A stretch of 64,000 nucleotides of DNA, taken from assembly GCA_040377305.1 (NCBI GenBank), contig JBEIPA010000028.1, forward strand, positions 1 to 64,000. The letters are read 5' to 3'. The notes beneath the pieces were generated by a model. It did no database searches. It was not told where the DNA came from and saw only the letters and a program-made list of their open reading frames with translations. This DNA is from Flavobacteriales bacterium. Lineage in GTDB: Bacteria; Bacteroidota; Bacteroidia; Palsa-965. A program made the position numbers and the translations under genes. Shown here in pieces: positions 48,572-60,300 of the stretch (the stretch's first letter is position 1; every line of letters begins with the position of its first letter).

Positions 48572-50572
48572 ATGCGCAACAGGATTTCATCCTTACAGTT
48601 CAGGTATTTCTTTATTTCGGCGTGCCTGATTGTTTCGTTAGGTAGGCGAGCGGCTGCACAAAACACTCCATTTACAGATTCTATTTTTACTATCATTTAC
48701 GCAATGCCTGATGATAGCGTCAAAGCGCAATACATCAATGATATTTATGAACAGGAATTGTGGGCGTACAATTTACCGGAGGCGTACAATCAATTAAAGC
48801 TGGCTGCGCGAATCAGTGAAGCGTGCGGAGCGGATACACTCCTGTACGACACATATCACAATATGGGTGGTTTTTGTATTCGGGCGAACGCCCACGAGTA
48901 TGCTCTTCAGCACAGGGAAAAGCAAATGGAACTTGCGAAGAGCTGGAATGATAGCACACGAATCGGTTATCTGTGGGGAGCGATGGCTATGTCGTGGGGT
49001 GGACTTGGTGAGCACGAACTTTCGATCGCCTATTACAAAAAAGCAATAGCAGTTATTGAGAAGATCGCCAAGCTGGAAAACATCGGTCGTATGCACACGT
49101 TTCTCGGTTGGGCGTATGATGCAAACGGGCAACTCGATTCGGCAATAAAATACTGTGAGATTGGATTTGAAGAAAGGGAGCGGGGTAAATATGTTCCAGG
49201 AATGTACGCGTCCGGTGGCAGCTTATTAGGTATGCACATGCGTGACTCCAATTACGTGCGTGTACGTGAGATAATTGAGAAACTGGTGTATGCAACAGAT
49301 AGTTCATACACTGGCCCAACGAGAGATGGATTTGTTACCTGGTATGGCGCGATACACGAGAAGCAAGGGAATCTCGATTCAGCGTTGTGGTATTACAAGA
49401 AAGGTCTTGAAGTGCAAACCAAAGGGCACAACATTCCAATGATGAAGGATATATACCTTCAGCTATCCACGGTGCTTTCCAAAATGAACAGGACAGATGA
49501 AGCTTATGATTACCTGTTAAAGCACAATCATCTGAAGGATTCAATCCGGGACTGGGAAACGAAGAACAATCTCGAACGTCAAAGGGAGATTTACGATGTG
49601 GAAAGCAAGAATGCGGAGATAGAAAAATTGATGCAGGAAACGGAGTTGCAGCAGTTGGAAAGTACAGAGAAGGACAAACAACGTACCTGGTTACTCGTTG
49701 TACTCGGTGTAACCACGATTCTTGTTTTTGTTGCATTGCTTGCTTACCGCCAGAAACGAAAGTCAGCAATTCTTCTGAAACAGCAGAATGCAATCATTGC
49801 AGAAAAAAATCACGACATCACCGATAGTATTCAGTATGCAAAGCGTATTCAGCAAGCCATACTTCCTTCCTTGGAGCAGATTAAAGCCGCGTTGCCCGAT
49901 TCGTTTGTGTTCTTCGCTCCGAAAGATATTGTGAGCGGAGATTTTTTCTGGTTCACTGAAACACCCAAAGCATTTTTCATTGCGGTGGTCGACTGCACAG
50001 GACACGGTGTGCCGGGCGCCATGATGAGCATGATCGGTTACAATTATCTGGGGCAGATCGTCAATGAGCAGGACGTAGATTCTCCGGTAGATATTCTGAA
50101 TGAACTTCATCGTAAAGTAATTCTTGCGCTGAACAAAGATTACACCTCGCGTTTGATGAAGGACGGAATGGATGTGGCATTACTGCGCATAGACAAGAAG
50201 ACCAAACAGATTCTTTTCACGGGTGCGGTAAGACCTTTGTACATCATTGCAAACGGTGTGCTCTCTGAAATCAAAGGCGACATTTATTCTATTGGTGGAA
50301 TTAAGGACGTGACCACACAAACATTCACTGTACATGAAGTGAATGCTCCAGTTGGAAGTTGTCTCTATTTATTCTCGGACGGTTACGCAGATCAGTTCGG
50401 TGGTCCGGGCGGAAAGAAATTCAAATATAAAAATCTGCGTGCACTGCTTCTCAAAAACGCTTCATTACCTATGGAAGAACAACGTGCGGAGATCGAGAAG
50501 ACTTTTCACGGTTGGAGAGCAGAGCTGGAGCAGGTGGATGATGTTTGTGTGATGGGGTTGAGGATTGTTTAG
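48572..50572 (+). CDS. TPR-periplasmic, TM, SpoIIE/PP2C phosphatase sensor
   Basis: TPR helices, TM, DSIQYAKRIQ, PKDIVSGDF, DCTGHGVPGA, DGMD, SDGYADQFGG, QVDD. Confidence 0.93.
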   Translation: MRNRISSLQFRYFFISACLIVSLGRRAAAQNTPFTDSIFTIIYAMPDDSVKAQYINDIYEQELWAYNLPEAYNQLKLAARISEACGADTLLYDTYHNMGGFCIRANAHEYALQHREKQMELAKSWNDSTRIGYLWGAMAMSWGGLGEHELSIAYYKKAIAVIEKIAKLENIGRMHTFLGWAYDANGQLDSAIKYCEIGFEERERGKYVPGMYASGGSLLGMHMRDSNYVRVREIIEKLVYATDSSYTGPTRDGFVTWYGAIHEKQGNLDSALWYYKKGLEVQTKGHNIPMMKDIYLQLSTVLSKMNRTDEAYDYLLKHNHLKDSIRDWETKNNLERQREIYDVESKNAEIEKLMQETELQQLESTEKDKQRTWLLVVLGVTTILVFVALLAYRQKRKSAILLKQQNAIIAEKNHDITDSIQYAKRIQQAILPSLEQIKAALPDSFVFFAPKDIVSGDFFWFTETPKAFFIAVVDCTGHGVPGAMMSMIGYNYLGQIVNEQDVDSPVDILNELHRKVILALNKDYTSRLMKDGMDVALLRIDKKTKQILFTGAVRPLYIIANGVLSEIKGDIYSIGGIKDVTTQTFTVHEVNAPVGSCLYLFSDGYADQFGGPGGKKFKYKNLRALLLKNASLPMEEQRAEIEKTFHGWRAELEQVDDVCVMGLRIV

Positions 50573-50901
50573 GATGAAAAGGCAAAGTTCCGATGCTGAC
50601 AATTCTTGATTCTGTGCGCCCAAGCAAGAGGAGTGTTCGCTTGTGGCTGTGAATGCAGAGCTGCTTAAAACGTATAATGGTTTTTAATTATCCGCCGTCT
50701 GGCTGCTCAACTTCTGCGGGTCAACTATAGGTCAGCACCAGGCAATTTAAAAGGTGTTAAACCTGACCATACCTACGCGTTCCTTAAACCACTTTTCGAA
50801 AAGTTGGCGCGTTTATCAAAAGGGTCTACGCGGTTCTCGTTTATCTATTGAAATCGCCTCGTCGTTGAAGTTTCTTGCAGACATATTAGAAACCCAACTT
50901 C

Positions 50902-51645
50902 ATGTCTCGACTTCTTTTCATATTGGCTTTTGTGTTCGCAGTATACGGAATTACACGAGCACAAAACTTTAACTACACAGTTTCCACCGATTCGGTTTCG
51001 TGGAATGAACTAAACACGCAGACCATTCTTAATGGTAATAATAGCGCGTGGAATTTCTCATATAAAATTCCAATTGGATTCACCTTTTCGTTTCTGGGAA
51101 GAAGTTTCGATTCATTAACAATTGAAACGAACGGATATCTCGTTTTCGACAATGATCGAAATTATGCCATGACCGCATTTTCAGGTGTGGGAGATCATAT
51201 TGATTCTCTTGGTAATCATGCAATCATTGGTTACGAATTGTCGGGTACGAATGGAAATCACATTCTGAAGATTCAGTATCTGAATTGCAGTCCGTATGCA
51301 ACCGGTAATGAGGTTCAATCGTGGCAGGTATGGCTTAAAGAAAACGGGAACGCGGAGTTTAGAATCGGATGCGGACAATTGAGACATAACAATGTTACGA
51401 CCACTGTGTGGAGCACATTTTCACAGGAGGATTCGTCCTATGCTGAGATTGTGATTGATACAATACAACGATTTCGCCTGGGATTCCTAAACATGAATAT
51501 GAATGACACACTTACGAACGGAATAGTGCTTGAAGGCAATCCGGTTTCGCCACAGTCTGAACCGCTAGTGCCCGGTGAAGCAATTCCTATTCTGACTTGT
51601 GTGCCTGCTCAAGGTTATCGTTATGTTTTTACTCCACAATTCTAA
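50902..51645 (+). CDS. Exported hypothetical protein, first gene of the operon
   Basis: Signal peptide; IPIGFTF.F.G..F.....TNG.L.F; G..GN.ILKIQY.N. Confidence 0.8.
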   Translation: MSRLLFILAFVFAVYGITRAQNFNYTVSTDSVSWNELNTQTILNGNNSAWNFSYKIPIGFTFSFLGRSFDSLTIETNGYLVFDNDRNYAMTAFSGVGDHIDSLGNHAIIGYELSGTNGNHILKIQYLNCSPYATGNEVQSWQVWLKENGNAEFRIGCGQLRHNNVTTTVWSTFSQEDSSYAEIVIDTIQRFRLGFLNMNMNDTLTNGIVLEGNPVSPQSEPLVPGEAIPILTCVPAQGYRYVFTPQF

Positions 51646-51657
51646 ACTACACTGTGC

Positions 51658-54600
51658 ATGATACGGATATTTTTCATTTTAATTATCTTCCTTCTGTTCG
51701 GATCGATTGACGCATTTGCGGCGAAGAGATACTGGGTTGGCCCGGGAACAAAGTGGAGTGTGACTACGCATTGGTCAACGACGAGTGGCGGTGGCGGTGG
51801 CGCATCTGTACCCGGAAGCAGTGATACGGCGTATTTCGACGGGAGCTGGACGGGAGGCTGTGAGATTAACGCTGTGGCAAGCGTGAAGCGTTTCGACGTT
51901 GCGGCGGGTTATAGTGGCACTATTACGCAAACTTCTGCTTTGACTATCGGAACGGGTAATGGGTTTTTTAGTGGAGGGAATTTTGCCGGAGGATCAAGTG
52001 CAGTTACTTGCGATGGTTCACTTACGATTAGTGGAACCGCGTTTACATCAACGAGCAATACTCTTACGTGTGTCGGCAATTTTTCTCTGAGCAGCGGATC
52101 ATTTACGCACAATAGCGGTACGCTATTATTTACAACGAGCAATACAATTTCCGGCACCATCAACCTCAATCATCTTACGTTCACACCTGCGTCTGCAGCC
52201 ACTCATACTATCAGCAACACGCTTACTGTAAACGGAACCTTAACGCTGAGCGGGTCGAATCAACTTACACTTAATACCGGAACTATCGACACGAAGTCGA
52301 CCATTACAATTACGAATTCCGGAACGGGAGGAGGAGGATCAGCAACAATCAGTATGACTGGAACAGCAAGCCCAACGTTGACGGGAAGCGGGACTATCGG
52401 ACAAGGTGCATTGCCAAAAGTAGTAATCAATAAGTCGAGTGGGACGTTGACAATCGCCAGCACAGTCAGTTCCGCAAATGACTGGACATGGACTTCCGGA
52501 ACGTTGACCACAACCAGTAGTACAGTTGCGTTTCTCGGTACCTGTACTATTGCGGGAAGTCACACTTTGAATAATGTTACGTTTCAATCTAACAGTACTA
52601 CTACTTACACGGTCAGCAATACCCTCACGGTGAATGGCACTTTGACTACTGCAGGTAGCGGAACGCTCACTTTTGAAACTGGTACAATTGATGCGAAAGG
52701 CGCGGTGACATTAAGTAATACCGGGCTTGGTGGAGGTGGTACTGCTTTGATAACCATGACGGGAGGCGGTTCGGTAAATCTAACTGGCAACTCAGGTGTT
52801 GGAATGAGCGCACTTCCAAGATTTCAGATCAATCGTGCAGGCACAGGAGGTGCGGTCACAATTGTAGATACAGTGAGTGCCGGAAACGATTGGACTTGGA
52901 CTTCGGGAACGTTGACAACAACGAATAGTCATGTCGCATTTCTTAACACGAGTACAATTACAGGCAGCCAGACATTGAACAACGTTACTTTCAGGAACAG
53001 TACGTTGGCTACGTATGCAATTGCCAACACTTTAACCGTGAACGGAATTTTATCAACGAGAGGGGCTGGTACCTTAACATTCAATACCGGTACGATTGAT
53101 ACAAAGAGTACAATCAAACTTCACAACACGGGATCGGGGGGAGGAGGATCCGCGACGATTACTCTTACAGGTAGCTCCAGCCTTACGATGTATGGTAACA
53201 GTACGATCGGACATAGCGCACTCCCAAAGTTGACAATTAACAAAACGGGAGGTACACTAACGATTGCGAATGTAGTTTCGGCAGCAAATAACTGGACATG
53301 GACCGCTGGTACATTGTCTACTACCGGAAGCACTGTTGCTTTTATAAATAATTGCACAATCGCAGGTTCTCACGGATTAAACAACGTTACGTTTCAGTCA
53401 AACAGTCTTACTCCTATTACATATACGATCAGCAATACCCTCACAGTTAACGGAACTCTGGAAACCGGAGGAAGTGCGACGCTGAAATTTATGACGGGAA
53501 CAATTGATACGAAGAGTACAATTAATCTCAACAATGCCGGAACAAATGGTGGAGGGAATGCAACTATAACTCTGACGGGCACCAATAGCCTGAGCATGAC
53601 AGGAAACTCAACCGTCGGTCAGAGCGCACTGCCAAAAATTACGATTAACAAGGCCAGCGGAACGCTGACCCTGGCAAGTACGATCAGCGTACAGAACGAT
53701 TGGACATGGACGGCGGGATCAATTTCGTATGGATCGAGTACGGTCGCGTTTGTTGATACTTTGACAATTTCAGGTAGTCACGGATTAAATAGTGTGACGT
53801 TTCAGCCCTCAACTGATACTAGTGCAGTATACACATTGGGAACGACAACGACATTGACCGTTAACGGGACATTGACAACAGGTGGAAACGGTACTCTGAA
53901 ATTTAATACATCAGGCAGCGGAAAGATTGATGCGGCTGGCAATATTACCATAAACAATACAGGAGCAAACGGAGGTGGAACTTCCACTATAACAGTCACT
54001 GGTTCAGGTACGGTAAACTTTGATTCCAATGTTAGTTCGAATAAGGGACGGCTTCCAAGCTTGATTGTCAACAAAGCAGGAGGGAGTGTGACACTATTGG
54101 ATACAATCACCGTTGCCGGAAACTGGACGTGCTCGACGGACGCGTATCTCACCGAAGGTAGCAGCACCTTGTATCTGGTCGGAAGCAAAACAATTTCAGG
54201 AACTCACACGCTCAATAATGTATTTCTTGATGGTGGCACATATACGCTTGGGAGCAGCGATACAATGAAAGTCGGCGGCTTGTTGAAATATGTTGGCACA
54301 ACTTCAGTATTAGTAAACACCGGGGTAATCGCTGCACGGGGACATATTACCCTTGCAAATACAGCCAGCAGCGGTGGAGGCACCGGTCAACTCCTTATTG
54401 ATGGAACCGCCGTACAAACATTCACCGGAGTCGCATCTGTTTCTGATCAGTCAATGCTGCCAGGTGTGCGATTCAAGAAGACCGGAGGATCCGTAAGCCT
54501 CGTTCAATATTTTACTGTCACCGGCGATTGGACCTATACATCCGGAAATACTCTGCACGGTACAAGTACAGTAAGTTTTACAAAATCAAAAACCATTACA

Positions 54601-56199
54601 GGCAGTGATACTCTTTACAATGTTTGGTTCAGAGGTAATACCGCAACTTTTACCATTGACGGATCAACTACTCTTACAGTTGCCGGAACACTTACCGTTG
54701 AAGGAGCAAGCGCCTTGACGCTCAATACCGGAACAATCAATGCACGAGGCAACATTACTTATGCAAACACGCACGCTTCTACTGGAGGAACAGCAACATT
54801 GAATATCGGTGGTAGTTCTTCGCAAACGCTCACGGGAAGCGGAACTGTAGGGCAAGGCTCATTGCCTAACGTGGTGATTAATAATTCGGGAACACTTTCA
54901 CTCTCTAGTATAATCACATGTGCAGGCAACTGGACTTATACGGGTGGTACTGTTAGTGCCGGCACGTCTACAGTTGCGTTCACCGGCACGTTCAATCTGG
55001 ATGGACAGGGTTCTGTTAACATGGGATTCTGGAATGTGCAGATCCACAGCGGAACAAGAACACTTACCGGCAATCTCGATGTTAATAACAATCTTGCTGT
55101 AACCGGTGGTGCAACATTCAGTGCATCTTCCTACACAATTTATCTCGCGGGGAACTGGACTAATTCAGGAACATTTACTTCCGGCACTTCGACTTTGGTT
55201 CTTGATGGCGTGAAGTACAATACGATTTCTCGTCCTGGAGCGGTTGAGTCACTGTATAACTTAACTGTTAACCGCGCTTATGATGCTGGTGTGAAGAAAT
55301 CTGTGACATTGGGCTCTCGTGTAGATGTGACCAATTCGCTCACGCTTACGAAGGGACGTATAAAAACCACATCAAGTTTCTATCTCCGTCTTACGGACAA
55401 TGCAATCTGTACTGGGGGAAGTGATACGGCATACGTGGACGGACCTATGCGTAAGTTAGGGAATGATGCATTTACGTTTCCGCTAGGAGATACAATTTTT
55501 GTAGATACAGCTTCTTATCATCCGCTTGGAATTTCCATACCATCCAATGCAAGTGATGAATACATTGCGGAATATAAAGGTGCTGTACAAACGGCAGGAA
55601 GTACGCTGGTCGACACTCTGGAGTCGGTAAGCACCTGTGAGCACTGGTTACTCGATCGAACTCCGGGCTCTTCTAATGTCAAAGCAACACTGGGCTGGAA
55701 TAAAAACTGCCAACCTTCAAATTTTGCGGAGCGTACTATTGGTACGTGGGATGGATCGAAGTGGATTGATCAGGGTATTGCATCTTCAACACTCACATGG
55801 CCTACGGGTACAATTACGAGTGCACTGAACATCACATTCGTTTCGAATGCAGCTGTACTGGCAATGGCTGGAAAGAAACGTCCTTATCATGCTTACGTAG
55901 TATTGAAGCACGAACTCGACGGTGGATTTTATCAGGCGTACAATTCACTCTGGTTTCGTCTTGACCAGGAATACTACAACGCAAGCTCGCAACTCACCTA
56001 TACGATCAGAAGTGTCGCAACCAATAATACGGTAACACTCATCAACACTACGAATAACATAATGCTGCCAGTGTATGGCGATAACCGCTATCGGTTTGAC
56101 TTATACACGAGCTCTGGAGCATTGCCTTCCGGATTCTACATCATGGAAGTGACTAACGAGAAAAACGAAAAACAATTTATCCGATTCAGAAACTATTAA
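51658..56199 (+). CDS. 1513-aa G/T/S-rich repeat (beta-solenoid-like) surface protein with atypical CTD
   Basis: RYWVG..W....WS..SGG.GGASVP N-terminus, seven ~135-aa repeats, YVDGP.RK.G...F.FP.G domain, terminal GFY.MEV.NEK.E..F.RF. Confidence 0.9.
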   Translation: MIRIFFILIIFLLFGSIDAFAAKRYWVGPGTKWSVTTHWSTTSGGGGGASVPGSSDTAYFDGSWTGGCEINAVASVKRFDVAAGYSGTITQTSALTIGTGNGFFSGGNFAGGSSAVTCDGSLTISGTAFTSTSNTLTCVGNFSLSSGSFTHNSGTLLFTTSNTISGTINLNHLTFTPASAATHTISNTLTVNGTLTLSGSNQLTLNTGTIDTKSTITITNSGTGGGGSATISMTGTASPTLTGSGTIGQGALPKVVINKSSGTLTIASTVSSANDWTWTSGTLTTTSSTVAFLGTCTIAGSHTLNNVTFQSNSTTTYTVSNTLTVNGTLTTAGSGTLTFETGTIDAKGAVTLSNTGLGGGGTALITMTGGGSVNLTGNSGVGMSALPRFQINRAGTGGAVTIVDTVSAGNDWTWTSGTLTTTNSHVAFLNTSTITGSQTLNNVTFRNSTLATYAIANTLTVNGILSTRGAGTLTFNTGTIDTKSTIKLHNTGSGGGGSATITLTGSSSLTMYGNSTIGHSALPKLTINKTGGTLTIANVVSAANNWTWTAGTLSTTGSTVAFINNCTIAGSHGLNNVTFQSNSLTPITYTISNTLTVNGTLETGGSATLKFMTGTIDTKSTINLNNAGTNGGGNATITLTGTNSLSMTGNSTVGQSALPKITINKASGTLTLASTISVQNDWTWTAGSISYGSSTVAFVDTLTISGSHGLNSVTFQPSTDTSAVYTLGTTTTLTVNGTLTTGGNGTLKFNTSGSGKIDAAGNITINNTGANGGGTSTITVTGSGTVNFDSNVSSNKGRLPSLIVNKAGGSVTLLDTITVAGNWTCSTDAYLTEGSSTLYLVGSKTISGTHTLNNVFLDGGTYTLGSSDTMKVGGLLKYVGTTSVLVNTGVIAARGHITLANTASSGGGTGQLLIDGTAVQTFTGVASVSDQSMLPGVRFKKTGGSVSLVQYFTVTGDWTYTSGNTLHGTSTVSFTKSKTITGSDTLYNVWFRGNTATFTIDGSTTLTVAGTLTVEGASALTLNTGTINARGNITYANTHASTGGTATLNIGGSSSQTLTGSGTVGQGSLPNVVINNSGTLSLSSIITCAGNWTYTGGTVSAGTSTVAFTGTFNLDGQGSVNMGFWNVQIHSGTRTLTGNLDVNNNLAVTGGATFSASSYTIYLAGNWTNSGTFTSGTSTLVLDGVKYNTISRPGAVESLYNLTVNRAYDAGVKKSVTLGSRVDVTNSLTLTKGRIKTTSSFYLRLTDNAICTGGSDTAYVDGPMRKLGNDAFTFPLGDTIFVDTASYHPLGISIPSNASDEYIAEYKGAVQTAGSTLVDTLESVSTCEHWLLDRTPGSSNVKATLGWNKNCQPSNFAERTIGTWDGSKWIDQGIASSTLTWPTGTITSALNITFVSNAAVLAMAGKKRPYHAYVVLKHELDGGFYQAYNSLWFRLDQEYYNASSQLTYTIRSVATNNTVTLINTTNNIMLPVYGDNRYRFDLYTSSGALPSGFYIMEVTNEKNEKQFIRFRNY

Positions 56200-56201
56200 T
56201 C

Positions 56202-56729
56202 ATGAAAAAGCGACTCATCATTTTGTTCAGCATTCAGGCTGTATTATTTATCGCACTCGGTTGGGTGGTATTGTCAAACAGCAATAGCGAACAACACACG
56301 GCTTATATAGAAGTGGCCAAAGTTTACGATGCATTTAAGATGAAGAAAGAACTTGAAGGCAAGTTTACCAATGTAGAACAGTACCGTAAATCTGTGCTTG
56401 ATAGTCTTGAGCTCGAATTGCAGCTCATGGCAGTAACCTATGAGCAGACAAAATCAGAAGACATAAAAACGAATTATCTCGTGAAGAAGCAGGAATATCT
56501 TGGAAAGAAAAAACAATTCGAGGAAGACAATGCCATGGTTTCTCAGCAATACACGGAGGAAATTTTCCAACAACTGAATCAGTATATCACTGAGTACGGA
56601 AAAGAGCACGGCTATCAATACATTTTTGGAGCAGAAGGAAGTGGTTCGCTGATGTACGCCAATGACTCTGAAAACATCACGGAAGAAATCACCAGTTACG
56701 TCAACGAAAAATATTCGGGAGTAAACTAA
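56202..56729 (+). CDS. OmpH/Skp-family chaperone
   Basis: AYIE..KVY..F, coiled coil, LN.YI.EYG...GY.YIFG....LMYA....IT. Confidence 0.88.
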   Translation: MKKRLIILFSIQAVLFIALGWVVLSNSNSEQHTAYIEVAKVYDAFKMKKELEGKFTNVEQYRKSVLDSLELELQLMAVTYEQTKSEDIKTNYLVKKQEYLGKKKQFEEDNAMVSQQYTEEIFQQLNQYITEYGKEHGYQYIFGAEGSGSLMYANDSENITEEITSYVNEKYSGVN

Positions 56730-56730
56730 T

Positions 56731-57327
56731 ATGAGAACCTGGCTTTTTATGATCGGAATTGTTTTGTTCAGCGGGTGCTTTGAAACACGCAAACCTGCAG
56801 GCGAATTACTGAAGTGGGTCGAAGATCCGGACAACGGATTACGTCGTGAAAAAGCCGTGGGCGATTTTGAAATAATTGCCCAATACAAGCCCTTGAGCTA
56901 CATCATCTGCAATGAATCAAAAAATATAACACTCACTCCGGATGAATACAACACCCGTGAGAAGGAATTATGTGGCATGGAATATTTTCAGGTGCGTTTG
57001 AAATCTCCTTCGCCTGATCCATTGATTTACGGAGGAGGAGATCAAAACGTCTATCACATGCGCAATGACTTTCTCATGTTCGGACAAAAAGATTATGTCT
57101 ACCTCCTGCGCGGAGAAGACACGGTGAGTTGCAATATGTATCACTTCGTGAATTACCAGGGACTCGCTCCGTATGCAGATATCCTTCTCGGATTTCCTGC
57201 CGACAGTACAAAATTGAATACCGACAGGGAATTAGTTTATGATGACCAATTGTTTGGCCTCGGCCCCGTGCATTTTACGTTTACCCGCGATGAAATTGAA
57301 TCTGTACCACAATTAGAACTGAATTAA
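56731..57327 (+). CDS. Hypothetical lipoprotein
   Basis: Lipobox FSGC; W......NGL..K; QYKP; D..FG.G...F.F. Confidence 0.8.
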   Translation: MRTWLFMIGIVLFSGCFETRKPAGELLKWVEDPDNGLRREKAVGDFEIIAQYKPLSYIICNESKNITLTPDEYNTREKELCGMEYFQVRLKSPSPDPLIYGGGDQNVYHMRNDFLMFGQKDYVYLLRGEDTVSCNMYHFVNYQGLAPYADILLGFPADSTKLNTDRELVYDDQLFGLGPVHFTFTRDEIESVPQLELN

Positions 57328-57328
57328 G

Positions 57329-60300
57329 ATGACACCACTGGAAATTGTCCGCAAGAAAAAAATCTTCCGCTACATCTCTGCATTTCTTGCAGTGAATATG
57401 TTGGTAGAGTATGTGCAACCCATGAAAGCATTTGCGCTCACCTCCGGTCCCGGACAGGAAGAGTTTGCAAGCTTCGAACCGGTGAGTACATCAGACATGG
57501 TTGATCTCTACACCGGAGATTTCAACTACAATATTCCGCTTATGTCTGTACCAGGACCGAACGGAGGTTATCCAATAAACATTGCTTATCACTCTGGTGT
57601 AGGCATGGATCAGGAGGCAAGTTGGGTTGGTCTTGGATGGAACATCAGCGTTGGTGCGATCAACAGGCAGATGAGAGGATTGCCGGATGATTTTAATGGG
57701 GATGCGGTAATTAATAAGTATAGCATGAGAGATAATACAACAGTTGGTATAGGTTTCGATGCGACATACGACTATACAGAGTATTTGGGTGTGCCAACAA
57801 ATACTCCGTTTAATCCTATAGGCGGTCCACAGGTTCAGTTTCAACTTTATTACAATACCTATCGTGGAGTAGGCTACCGTATTGGATACAGCGGACTAAG
57901 CTGGCCGATGAGCACTGGGTCTGTTGGCGCCGGACTACACTTTGATTCTCAAGGAGGGATAGGTGTAGAACCGAATTTCAGTCTAGGGTGGTCAGCAAAG
58001 CACAGAAATTTTGGAATGGGTTTCTCCAGTGGAATGAGCATCAATTCGCGAGAAGGTCTGTCCGGATTTTCATTTGCATTGTCTGCACATGGAAGACAGA
58101 GTCGTCCACATTGGCAAAACAGCAATAGAAAGTTCTTGGGATATTCTGCGACTTCCAATCTTTCCTTTGGAATCGACCAGAATGTTCCTACAGCAACAAT
58201 TCCGTACACGAATTCTGCTTATGCATTTGACATTCGCGGAGGTGAAGCTGGAAAATTTGCTTCCCTTCACAACATTATGGGTGCCTTTGAATCGGGGATG
58301 CCTTATCTCTGGTCAGGTTTCTTGAACGTGTCAGGTTTATCAGAACAAGAAGTCACTTCAGGTGCGTATGGTTATTTGTATGACTATAATTCAACTGACG
58401 CTGCCATTCGAGATTTTAATCGTGATCAGTTTACTTACAATAAGAAAATTCCAAACCTTCCTAGCTCTGTGGTTACGCATGATATTTACATGACGAGTGG
58501 TCAGGGAATTGGAGGTTGTTTCAGACCTGTACATCAAAGTGTAAAAATATTCTCCCCTCAACAAAGGGAAAATCCAACGCTAGTTGCAAGACTTAATATT
58601 GAACTTGGTTTGGATAATTATCCCGGTGTGGGCTTGGATGAGTATCATATTGGTTTGGGTGCGAGCGTAGGTGTGGGAGGGAATGTTTCCGGATCATGGG
58701 ATAACATTTACAGCAGTGACGTTCGATTTGCAGACGACTTTAACTTGTATGAAGTTTCGGGCGACCCTGGTTATGAACTCTCACCGTTTAAAATGTTTGG
58801 GGAGAAAACTGCGATGTTAATTGCAGATGAAGATCATTTGGCGGCGTGGGACAATTCAAATGCTGTAAGAGTAGAATTGGAAAAGGAAACATCAGAGGAC
58901 ACTTGGTTGAATGCACATTTTGAAGCAACCACAACCTACTCAGATGGAACTGCAGGCTATACTCCTGTGTCTTTTGTAAGTGATGATTTACAGCTCCATT
59001 CTGCCCAACGCGAGCGAAGAGCTACGGATATTGAATACTATACTGCGGCGCAATGCAATGATTATGGTTTTACACATTATACCGGCTACGACACAGCATT
59101 TGATCTAGGACTTGAAAAATATGTTTTGGAGAATATTGAAAAGGCATATCCAGACTATGGAAGTACACATCATATTTCTGAAATCAGCATATTGAAGCCT
59201 GATGGAATGCGCTACACTTACGGACTCTCGGCGTATAACAGGGAACAATCTGATAATTATTTTTCGTACGACGCTTCTGCAACCGGTTCCACTTTTAATA
59301 CGCCGATAATTGAAGCCGAAATTCCAAATAGTGATGACATGGTTGATCCATCCGGCACTCCGGATAATTTTGTGAGTGAAACTCAATTACCAGCTTATAC
59401 TCATTCATGGTTACTTACATCTGTTGTATCTGCCGATTATCTCGATCTTACCGGAGATGGCCCTTCTGATGATGACTATGGTTATTGGGTCCGCTTCAAC
59501 TATTCAAAAACATCTGAGGATTACACCTGGAGAACACCGTATTATGGTGCAACATTTATTGCGGGTAATGCCAGTGACGTGAATGATGATAAAGGTTCGT
59601 TCAGCTATGGTAAAAAGGAAGTTTACTTCATTCAATCAATTGAAACGAAAACACACATTGCTACTTTTTCTGTAAGTAAACGGGAAGATGCACTAGCGGC
59701 GAATAATAAGTTTGAAGGAGGCCAACCTGGCACACCTACTGATGCACAGCGCATGTTCAAATTGGATCATGTTGATCTTTACACCAAAGCCGAATATTTT
59801 GAAAACATTGAGGACCGCGTAATGCGTCCTGCTCCAACACCAATTCAATCGGCCAACTTCAGATATTCATACGATTTGTGCCCAGGTGCTCTGAATAATA
59901 CAGGAGCGGATATGGATGTATTTGGAAACACCGTGTCAGGCGGAGATCCGAGTAACATCAATTCTGCCGGGGGCAAACTCACATTGGATACCTTGTTCTT
60001 TACTTATCAGACTTCTGAACGAGGAAAGTACAGTCCGTATATCTTCGAATATGATAACAGCAATCCTGATTATGACAAAAAGAATATGGATAGATGGGGA
60101 CATTATAAAGACAATGATGCGTATGAAACAGGCGGCTACTATCCGTATGTAGATTTCCCTTACACAGAACAGGATGCTGCTCCTGATGCAGGCACGTGGT
60201 CACTCTCCCGTATTGAATTACCAACCGGAGCTACCATGGAAATTGAATATGAATCGGATGACTACCAATACGTAGAAGGAAAGAAGGCACAACGCATGTA

